Of a stretch of DNA of 64,000 nucleotides, positions 56,364 through 64,000 are shown in pieces. Origin of the DNA: an uncultured Candidatus Saccharibacteria bacterium (GTDB taxonomy: Bacteria > Patescibacteriota > JABMPQ01 > JAQVVF01); NCBI GenBank assembly GCA_964574655.1, contig CAZNOH010000001.1, forward strand, positions 329,852-393,851, read 5' to 3'. A program made the translations under genes and the position numbers. Within the stretch, counting starts at the first letter, position 1, and each line of letters starts with the position of its first letter. The notes under the pieces were generated by a model. The model made no database searches. It saw nothing but the letters and a program-made list of their open reading frames with translations, and was not told the origin of the DNA.

Positions 56364-56918
56364 TTACAAAATATGTCCAAGTAAAATTTTTAAGCCAATA
56401 ACAATTAAAACAATTCCGCCGATGATTTCAGCTTTTTTGCCCCATTTTTCGCCGCTTTTTTTACCTATATAAATAGAAATTAATGATAATACAAATGTTG
56501 TGATACCAATTATCGAGACTGATAGCCAAATATTTACAGGCAACAAAGCAATTGTTATGCCAACTATGAGAGCATCAATACTAGTTGCGACTGATTGAGT
56601 TAATAATATTTTGAAACTATGAATGTCAATTTTTTTTTCCTCTTCTTTTTTGAATGATTCAATCAACATTTTTACTCCCAAAATAGTTAAAAGGATAAAT
56701 GCAATCCAATGATCAATACCGGAAATGAATTGGACTAATCCAATGCCTAGCACATAGCCAATCAAGGGCATTATGAATTGGAAAAAACCAAAATAGAAAG
56801 CAATTTTCAAAGCTTTTTTTGTTTTCATCTGGTGATGATGTGCGCCATTAGCTGCAGCAACTGCCATGGCATCAAATGACAAGGCAATGGCAATGAATAA
56901 AATATTGATTAGTGACAT
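56364..56918 (-). CDS. mntP: Manganese efflux pump MntP family
   Basis: ALSFDAMAV, FQFIMPLIG, DHWIAF.LL..LG.KM, ATSIDAL, AEIIGG. Confidence 0.9.
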   Translation of the reverse strand: MSLINILFIAIALSFDAMAVAAANGAHHHQMKTKKALKIAFYFGFFQFIMPLIGYVLGIGLVQFISGIDHWIAFILLTILGVKMLIESFKKEEEKKIDIHSFKILLTQSVATSIDALIVGITIALLPVNIWLSVSIIGITTFVLSLISIYIGKKSGEKWGKKAEIIGGIVLIVIGLKILLGHIL

Positions 56919-57030
56919 ATGAAAATATTATATATTATCTATAAAATATTAACTAGGAAGATAATCAGATTGATTTTTGCGCGATAACAAAGTAATATTA
57001 AATTATAGCCATTCTAAACGGGAGGAAGCA

Positions 57031-57300
57031 ATGTTGAAAACACATGCGAGTGCATTGCCATCATATTTACATCCAGGAGCAGTCAGTATAGAAATTGGCT
57101 GGTTTAATTTTTTTGGTGCATGTAGCAGTCCGAATTGTTCTCTATCCAGTGGTGTAAATTCAGCAAAAGCAGATGCTGTTTTGGAAGACGAAAATGATGA
57201 TGATGATTGGAGATTGACAAAAGAAAGGCGGGATGAATTTTTTCGATCGGCAACGCCTAGTTATGCAAATCGTAGACATTTGGATAGGCTTGGGGATTGA
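57031..57300 (+). CDS. Small SD-led orphan protein (89 aa)
   Basis: CGGGAGGAAGCA-ATG at 57031; terminator aacacct-tca-aggtgttttttt at 57319-57341. Confidence 0.5.
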   Translation: MLKTHASALPSYLHPGAVSIEIGWFNFFGACSSPNCSLSSGVNSAKADAVLEDENDDDDWRLTKERRDEFFRSATPSYANRRHLDRLGD

Positions 57301-57417
57301 TTTAAATTTGTACCTTATAACACCTTCAAGGTGTTTTTTTTGATAATAAAAATTCAGTTGAAACTATTGTTAGCATGATGTATAATATAAAAGCTTATTT
57401 ATTAATATGAATAAAAT

Positions 57418-58704
57418 ATGATAGAAATTTTAAGAAATCTATGGAGGAGAAAATTCAGAACATTATTGACTGTTTTTGGTATTGCAATCGGTATTTTTGC
57501 ATTTACAGTGATGGGATCTATGGCATTAAAGCTGAATAAAATGATTGATGGCGGAAAAAAATATATTACTGGTCAGATAACTATTGCACCAAAAGGCACT
57601 GATTTTATGACAGGTCAAATGGGAGCGATGTTGCCTGTTGATACATTAAATAAAATTGATAAGGTTGAAGGCGTAGAAGCAGTAACTGGAGGTATTGAAA
57701 TGTCATTGGATGAGCCTAATCCTGATGATCCAGCTTCAATGAGTTTTGGCATACCAGCTACAATCGAGGGCATGGATTTAAAAACTGATTTTAAGAATCG
57801 CAATTGGGAAACAATGGATATGAAGGAAGGCAGAATGATTAAAGAAGGAGATCCTGATGATGTGATTGCGATTGGTTCGACAATTGCATTAGATAAAAAA
57901 TGGAAATTAGATGATAAAGTCAAAATTAGAGGCAAGGAATTTAAAGTTATTGGTATTTTGGATAAGACAATGACTGGACCTGATTCTTATGTTTTTATGC
58001 CATTGAGCTCAACTCGAGAATTATATGTTGAATCAAATCCATTCTTAAAATCTTTAAAAGAACAACAGGAGCAAGCTGCAAATATTTCGGCACGAGAATT
58101 GGCAATGTTGCCAAAAGCAACAAGAGATCAAATAATGCAGGCTAAGGCTTTTAAGATGGCAGATCTATCAACAATGGGATCTGTGTCTTGGAAAGATGGC
58201 GCGAATTCAGAAGATGTTGCAAACAGAATTAAGGAACAATTTAAAGATCAAGTAATAGTATTATCTCCGAAAAAAATGGGAGAGGAAATTGATAAAGCTT
58301 CAGCAATGATGAATGCAGTGATTTTAGGTGGTGCATTATTGGCATTGCTAGTTGGAAGTTTTTCAGTAATTAATACTATGATTATGTCTATTTCCGAGAG
58401 AACTAGAGAAATAGGTATTAAAAAATCTTTAGGTGCATCTAATAGATCAATTGCTTTGGAATATGCTTTGGAAGCAGGAGTGATTGGAACTTTAGGAGGT
58501 CTATTGGGTATTGGAATCGGAGTTTTGTTGATTGTGATATTTAATAATAAGATGGCTGCTACTGGCGCTGAAATATTCTTGCTTGATATTATATTCTTGG
58601 TACAAGTATTAATATTCTCTTTTGTATTAGGAATTGTGGCAGGCATTATGCCAGCAATTAAGGCAGCAAAGATGAAAGTAATCAAAGCGATTAGAGAAAT
58701 GTAA
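57418..58704 (+). CDS. ABC transporter permease (MacB/FtsX family)
   Basis: RNLWRRKFRT.LT..GI.IG, NTMIMSISERTREIGIKKSLGA, PA.KAA. Confidence 0.92.
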   Translation: MIEILRNLWRRKFRTLLTVFGIAIGIFAFTVMGSMALKLNKMIDGGKKYITGQITIAPKGTDFMTGQMGAMLPVDTLNKIDKVEGVEAVTGGIEMSLDEPNPDDPASMSFGIPATIEGMDLKTDFKNRNWETMDMKEGRMIKEGDPDDVIAIGSTIALDKKWKLDDKVKIRGKEFKVIGILDKTMTGPDSYVFMPLSSTRELYVESNPFLKSLKEQQEQAANISARELAMLPKATRDQIMQAKAFKMADLSTMGSVSWKDGANSEDVANRIKEQFKDQVIVLSPKKMGEEIDKASAMMNAVILGGALLALLVGSFSVINTMIMSISERTREIGIKKSLGASNRSIALEYALEAGVIGTLGGLLGIGIGVLLIVIFNNKMAATGAEIFLLDIIFLVQVLIFSFVLGIVAGIMPAIKAAKMKVIKAIREM

Positions 58705-58786
58705 CAAGCGCTGATTTGACGTGGATTTCTAACGCTGATATGATGCTGACTCAAAAATTAATAAATGAATAAATTATAATTATTTT

Positions 58787-59467
58787 ATGAAAAATGTAAT
58801 TGAAGCCAAGGGCTTAAAAAAAATATATAAAATGTCAAAGACAAATATTGTTAATGCTTTGAATGGAGTTGATTTGAATGTCGAAGAAGGCGAGTTTACA
58901 GCAATTATTGGACCTTCTGGATCTGGAAAATCAACTTTGATGCACATTTTTGGATTGTTAGACAAGCCTGATGAAGGCACTTTGATTATTGATGGCGTTG
59001 ACATGTCTGACTTGAAAGACAAAGAAGCTTACAAATTACGTGCCAAAAAAATTGGTTTTGTTTTTCAAGGATTTAATTTGATTCCTGCTTTGTCTGCTTT
59101 GGAAAATATTATGCTAGCTGGAAAATACGGAGGAATGAAAATGTCAGAAAGAAAGATGAGAGCTATAGAATTATTAAAATTGGTTGGACTAGAATCGAGA
59201 ATGAATCACAAGCCAAATGAATTATCAGGCGGACAACAGCAAAGAGTAGCAATTGCTCGAGCTTTGATGAACAAGCCAGCAATTATTTTAGCTGATGAAC
59301 CAACTGGTGAATTGGATACAAAGACATCTTTAGAGATTATTGAATTAATGAAAAAATTGAATCGAGAAAATAATCAAACTTTCTTGCTAGTAACTCATAA
59401 TATGGAAGTGGCAAATGCTTGCAAAAAAATTGTAGAAATGAGAGATGGACAAAAAATAACAAAATAA
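58787..59467 (+). CDS. ABC transporter ATP-binding protein (LolD/MacB-like)
   Basis: GPSGSGKST, IGFVFQ.FNL, LSGGQQQRVAIARAL, LADEPTG. Confidence 0.95.
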   Translation: MKNVIEAKGLKKIYKMSKTNIVNALNGVDLNVEEGEFTAIIGPSGSGKSTLMHIFGLLDKPDEGTLIIDGVDMSDLKDKEAYKLRAKKIGFVFQGFNLIPALSALENIMLAGKYGGMKMSERKMRAIELLKLVGLESRMNHKPNELSGGQQQRVAIARALMNKPAIILADEPTGELDTKTSLEIIELMKKLNRENNQTFLLVTHNMEVANACKKIVEMRDGQKITK

Positions 59468-59583
59468 CTAAATTGAAAACAGCTTAAAAAGGCTGTTTTG
59501 TTTTTACATAATTGGATATCATAAATTGTGATTTACAAAACAATTTTTTTGATGTTCTTATCTGATTGTGATAAATTTAAAAT

Positions 59584-60108
59584 ATGAATAAATACTTAGC
59601 AATTCCAACTGAGAAAATAGTCAGCAAAATTTTTATAATTAGAAATAAAAAAGTAATGCTGGATCGTGATTTGGCAATACTTTATGGTGTCAAAACTAAA
59701 GTATTGAATCAGGCAGTCAAGCGAAATTTGAAACGTTTTCCAAGTGATTTTATGTTTAGGTTAGAAAAACAGGAATTTGAAAATTGGAAGTCACAAATTG
59801 TGACCTCCAATTCTGATAAGATGGGACTAAGAACATTACCTTTTGTTTTTACCGAGCAAGGTGTAGCAATGCTGGCAAGTGTTTTGAAAAGCGGTAAGGC
59901 AATACAAGTGAATATTCAAATTGTCCGGACTTTTACAAAATTGCGTGAATTATTGGCAACAAATGAAGAATTGCAATCTAAACTAATGAGATTAGAACAG
60001 CGTTATGATAAAAAATTGAAAGAGGTTTTTAATATTTTACGGCTTTTGTTGACAGAAAAGAATGAGCCAAAAGAAGAGTTGGGATTTAAGTACAAAATAA
60101 TTAAATAA
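59584..60108 (+). CDS. ORF6N-domain DNA-binding protein
   Basis: VMLDRDLA.LYGV.TK.LNQAVKRN..RFP.DFMF.L, FTEQGVAML.SVL.S. Confidence 0.88.
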   Translation: MNKYLAIPTEKIVSKIFIIRNKKVMLDRDLAILYGVKTKVLNQAVKRNLKRFPSDFMFRLEKQEFENWKSQIVTSNSDKMGLRTLPFVFTEQGVAMLASVLKSGKAIQVNIQIVRTFTKLRELLATNEELQSKLMRLEQRYDKKLKEVFNILRLLLTEKNEPKEELGFKYKIIK

Positions 60109-60184
60109 TCAACAGCTGGAAGAGGCTGTTTTTTGTTTACAATAATTTTATGCTATTATAAATTGTTAATTAACAAAAAAATAA

Positions 60185-61528
60185 ATGCAAAGAATAAAAT
60201 CAAAAGAAGAAGTCTTAACATTATGTGAAAGAGAAAAAGTGAAGTTTATTGATTTACAGTTTTCTGATTTGTTAGGCCATGTAAAATCTGTGACAATTCC
60301 AATTGCAAAATTACCTGAAGCAATTGATCAAAACATTTGGTTTGATGGATCTTCTATCGAAGGTTTTGCGAGAATCTGTGAAAGCGATATGTATTTAAAA
60401 TTAGATTTGTCGACTTTTGCGATTTTACCTTGGACAACTGATAATGGAAATGTGACTGCTCGATTTATTTGCGATGTCTATAAGCCAAATGGAGAAGCTT
60501 ATGAAAGCGATCCAAGATATATTTTGAAGAAACAAGTTGCTAAAGGTTTAGCTTTTGGTTTTAAATATTTTGTTGGACCAGAATTGGAATTTTATTTAAT
60601 GAAAAGAGATGAAAATGGAAAGATCATTCCGCTCCCACATGATCATGCTGGATATTTTGATTATGCTACTGACGAAGATTCAGAAGTCCGCAAAGATATG
60701 ACTATTGCTCTGCAAAAATTAGGTATTCAAGTTGAAGCTTTACATCATGAAGTTGGTCCAGGACAGCATGAGATTGATTTCAAATATGGAGATCCGATTA
60801 CTACTGCTGATTCAGTCCTAACTTTCAAAATTGCTTTGAAACAAATTGCAAGGAAGCATGGTTTGTTTGTTAGTTTTATGCCAAAACCATTTTTCGGATA
60901 AGCTGGAAATGGCATGCATGTGCATCAAAGCATTTTTATAAATGACAGGAACGCTTTTTATGATGCAACAGGCTTATATCACATTAGCGAATTAGCAAAA
61001 TCTTTTATCGCAGGACAGTTATTTCATATCAAGGCGCTTAATTCAATTTTAAATCCAATTGTTAATTCTTATAAAAGACTGGTTTCTGGATATGAAGCGC
61101 CAGTTTATATTTCTTGGGGACAAGTTAATCGTTCAGCATTGGTTAGAATTCCAAGAGTAAATGATAATAAACCAAGCGCAACAAGAGCTGAACTTCGTTG
61201 TCCAGATCCTTCAGCAAATCCGTATCTTGCTTTTGCAACAATGTTCGCTTGTGGATTAGACGGAATCGAAAATGAAATGTTACTGCCATATCCAGTTGAA
61301 GAAAATGTTTATGAAATGACTAATGAAGAAATGTTGAATCGAGGAATTGAAACTTTACCAGCAAATTTGTTTGAATCATTGAGACATTTATCAAAAGATC
61401 AGATTTTGCGAGATGTTTTTGGAGAGACAACTTTCAAAAAATATTATGATATTAAAATGAAAGAATGGGATAATTTTAGAATATTTGTGACTGACTGGGA
61501 GAGAGATAATTATTTAGAAAAGTATTGA
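60185..61528 (+). pseudogene. glnA: Type I glutamine synthetase interrupted by in-frame TAA
   Basis: FDGSSIEGF, HHEVGPGQHEI, FMPKPFFG*AGNGMHVHQS (TAA 60899-901), SYKRLV.GYEAP, ELRCPDPSANPYL. Confidence 0.85.
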
Positions 61529-61687
61529 TTATATATTACAAATCATATTGAGAATAGGCGAAAGCCTATTTTTTATAACTGTTTTTTGTTAAAATAAACG
61601 TGAATTGCGAAATGGTTTAATTGCTAAATTGTTAATAAAAATAATTATTTTAACAATTTGGCAATCTAACAATTAAATAATATAGTT

Positions 61688-62017
61688 ATGAATTTCAATG
61701 AGTATCAGAGGAAGGCAAGAAGGACAGCAATTTATCCGAATAAGGATAACAATTTTGTTTATCCAACTTTAGGAATGGTTGGAGAGGCTGGAGAAGTTGC
61801 AGAAAAAGTAAAGAAAATCATCAGAGATAATGATGGAAAAATTACCAAAGAAAATAGAGAAGAAATAAAAAAAGAATTAGGTGATGTTTTGTGGTATATT
61901 GCTTCGTTATCTTCAGAGTTAAAGTTATCTTTAGAAGATGTTGCGCAATATAATTTGGAAAAATTAATGTCAAGAAAAAAGAGGGGCGTTATTCGTGGTG
62001 ATGGAGATAATCGATAA
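61688..62017 (+). CDS. MazG-like nucleoside triphosphate pyrophosphohydrolase
   Basis: GMVGEAGEVAEKVKK, ELGDVLWY, GDGDNR. Confidence 0.9.
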   Translation: MNFNEYQRKARRTAIYPNKDNNFVYPTLGMVGEAGEVAEKVKKIIRDNDGKITKENREEIKKELGDVLWYIASLSSELKLSLEDVAQYNLEKLMSRKKRGVIRGDGDNR

Positions 62018-62073
62018 GCCAAAAAATCTAAAATCTAAAGTCAAAAATAGAATCAAAAATTAAAAATAAAACT

Positions 62074-62514
62074 ATGCGGATCGAAAGCGTATTTCAAAAT
62101 GGAGAAAAAATTCCTTCCAAATATACTTGTGATGGCGAGAATATTAATCCGCCTTTAAAATTTAGCGATGTACCAGAAAATACAAAAAGTTTGGCTATTA
62201 TTTTTGATGATCCTGATTCACCGTCAGGTACTTGGACTCATTGGACTATTTTTAACATTGATCCAAAAGTAATTGAAATAATAGAAAATAATGTGCCTGA
62301 AAATTCTGTTTTAGGCAAAACAACTTTTAGTGATGTTAAATATGGCGGACCTTGTCCTGGATCTGGCGAGCATCGATATGTTTTTAAGTTGTTTGCTTTG
62401 GATATGGTGTTAGATCTAAAACAAGGGGCTGATATTTCTGAGTTAGAAAAAGCAATTGAGGGACATATAATAGAAAAAGCGGAGTTGATGGGAAAGTATG
62501 AACGAATTATGTAG
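62074..62514 (+). CDS. YbhB/YbcL (PEBP) family protein
   Basis: IPSKYTCDG.N.NPPL, DDPD.P.GTWTHW, YGGPCP..G.HRY.F. Confidence 0.92.
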   Translation: MRIESVFQNGEKIPSKYTCDGENINPPLKFSDVPENTKSLAIIFDDPDSPSGTWTHWTIFNIDPKVIEIIENNVPENSVLGKTTFSDVKYGGPCPGSGEHRYVFKLFALDMVLDLKQGADISELEKAIEGHIIEKAELMGKYERIM

Positions 62515-62539
62515 AGACGCCCAAATTGGGCGTCTGTAT
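62511..62539. repeat. GTAG-type REP palindrome supplying the upstream stop codon
   Basis: gtagagacgcccaaattgggcgtctgtat. Confidence 0.82.
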
Positions 62540-62552
62540 TAAATATAAAAAG

Positions 62553-64000
62553 ATGTCAAAAAAGTTTTATTTTATTATTTTTGGTTTGTTATGTGTTTTA
62601 AATTTTATAATTTTAGAAAATAATTGTTTTGCATCTGGCACTACCTATTATGTTTCGACAAGCGGAAATGATGCAAACACTGGATTAAAAGGCAGTCCAT
62701 GGCGAACTCCTGGTTTTGCGTCAAAACAATTGCATGTTGGAGATACATTAATAATAAGACAAGGCGAATATGTGATGGATGAATATTATACAGATATGAT
62801 TACTCCAGAAAATTCTGGCACAGCTTCAAATTGGATAACAATCATGGGTGAAAAAGGAAAAAGGCCAGTTTTAAAAGCAAGTAATAATTTGCTTGCAACG
62901 ATTTCTTTCAATCAAAAAAGTTATTTAAAATTTAAGAATCTAAAAATAACTAGTTTGATTGATAATCCATATTCTGGCGGAGTGCGAGTGGGAATTGATG
63001 CTGGAGGTGCATCTGGAGAGAGCAGTTACAATAATCATATTATTTTTAAGAATATTGATATTTATGATACTGAACAAGGCGGAATTAATTTTTCTGGAAA
63101 TATTAATGATGTTGTGATGGATAAATTAATAATTCATCATGTTGGAGGAAATGCGATCGCTGCTCCATCTGCTTATGGTGGATTAGGGTGGCAAAATGTT
63201 TTGATAAAAAATTCAAGAGTTAGCTATGCTGGATATTTCATGGATGGAATGAGGCAAGTATCAGATTGGTCAAGGCCAGATGGGATTGGCATGGAGGTAT
63301 CAAATGGTCCATTAACAATTAGAAATTCTGTTTTTCAGCATAATCGAGGAGATGGAATTGATTCAAAATCTAAAAATACTTATATATATAATACAATTAT
63401 TGCTAACAATACTTCGGACAGTTTGAAATTATGGGGTGGTGGTAGCAAAGTTAAAAATGTTTTGATTTATGGAGATGGAGACTCTAATGCTGATAACGGT
63501 CCTTGGTCAAGCATTACAATTGGAACTGACACTCCTGGAGATTTCGAATTTATTAATGTTACAGTTGATGATAATGAGGCAAGAAATAATTATCCAAGCT
63601 ATATGCAGTATTCTGAGACTGCAGAAATTAATGTCTTAATGCGGAATTGTATTTTTGCACATGGATCAGAGGTCATTTTTATGGGTGATTCTGTAAATTT
63701 GACAGCTGACCATAATAATTTTTATCGATCTTCTAATTCTAATGAGCCAGTAATTCATGTTTTTGGCAAAGATTATTTGCCGTCGGAATTGAATTTATTA
63801 GGCAATAATAATTATTCTGTTGAGCCATTGTTTAAGCAAAGAGCATGGGGAAGTGATGGTGATTATAGATTGAAAAAAGATAGCTTGATGATTGATAAAG
63901 GATCAACAAATAAAGCTTTGAATGTTGATTTGTTGAATGTGAAAAGACCGCAGAAAAAAGCTTATGATTTGGGAGCTTATGAGCGATGTTTTGGCTATTG
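62553..64000 (+). CDS. Secreted right-handed beta-helix (pectin-lyase-like) protein, runs off the window
   Basis: Signal peptide then YYVSTSGNDANTG...PWRT..GDTLIIRQG.Y; ends ..DYRL....IDKG..YDLGAYE; absent from the ORF track (no stop before the window end). Confidence 0.8.
   Translation, partial: MSKKFYFIIFGLLCVLNFIILENNCFASGTTYYVSTSGNDANTGLKGSPWRTPGFASKQLHVGDTLIIRQGEYVMDEYYTDMITPENSGTASNWITIMGEKGKRPVLKASNNLLATISFNQKSYLKFKNLKITSLIDNPYSGGVRVGIDAGGASGESSYNNHIIFKNIDIYDTEQGGINFSGNINDVVMDKLIIHHVGGNAIAAPSAYGGLGWQNVLIKNSRVSYAGYFMDGMRQVSDWSRPDGIGMEVSNGPLTIRNSVFQHNRGDGIDSKSKNTYIYNTIIANNTSDSLKLWGGGSKVKNVLIYGDGDSNADNGPWSSITIGTDTPGDFEFINVTVDDNEARNNYPSYMQYSETAEINVLMRNCIFAHGSEVIFMGDSVNLTADHNNFYRSSNSNEPVIHVFGKDYLPSELNLLGNNNYSVEPLFKQRAWGSDGDYRLKKDSLMIDKGSTNKALNVDLLNVKRPQKKAYDLGAYERCFGY

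Noticed and set aside
55415-60135. AACAGC..GCTGTT stems as a mobile repeat family
   Set aside because: Each follows a stop codon and precedes a T-tract; ordinary intrinsic terminators explain them.
53297-60901. Stop-codon reassignment to explain internal TAG/TAA
   Set aside because: TAG (murD), TAA (secA) and TGA (murB) all end conserved genes normally and RF2 is present; single substitutions suffice.
547-62022. Numerous short antisense or alternate-frame ORFs inside long genes (e.g. 15672..16106, 25923..26321, 58248..58754, 20612..20863)
   Set aside because: They are shadows of well-supported genes, with no motifs or expression signals.
2214-62070. CRISPR array interpretation of the repeats
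   Set aside because: No regularly spaced identical repeats with unique spacers and no cas operon; the Cas4-like nuclease stands alone.

Overview
AT-rich bacterial chromosome segment, almost entirely + strand, standard code 11. Gene content and style suggest Patescibacteria/CPR (Parcubacteria-like); this is inference. Core genes: a dispersed dcw cluster (ddl, ftsQ, pgeF, murD, ftsW, murG fused to a HAD-like domain, murC, murB), hpf-secA, secDF, aspS, scpAB, mutM, frameshifted prfB, ftsEX, tRNA-Gln(CTG), pncB, an OmpR-type two-component pair, mntP, an ABC exporter and a glnA interrupted by a stop codon. A defence-like block at 43.4-49.5 kb holds a putative restriction nuclease, a LexA::C5-methyltransferase fusion, vsr, a HEPN-like protein and two nucleases. 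Two patterns stand out beyond gene content. (1) Housekeeping genes show no Shine-Dalgarno (SD) sequence, but about nine small monocistronic, mostly orphan genes (seven on the minus strand) have SD-led starts, usually AGGAGG-type. They also have sigma70-like promoters and their own terminators, and five share a GCACCYT-type leader motif. (2) Several families of small repeats occur: GTAG-REPs with a RAYT, CAAG-tailed hairpins, IS605-end-like double hairpins, TGTCA..TGACA elements and 7-8-bp-period arrays. They nest inside one another and sit in frame inside essential genes (murC, murD, murB, secA, aspS, pgeF). Other leads are a candidate convergent small RNA at the 3' end of an NYN RNase gene and a palindrome present both upstream of and inside an ORF6N gene. 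All family assignments come from motifs read by eye; no database search was run.
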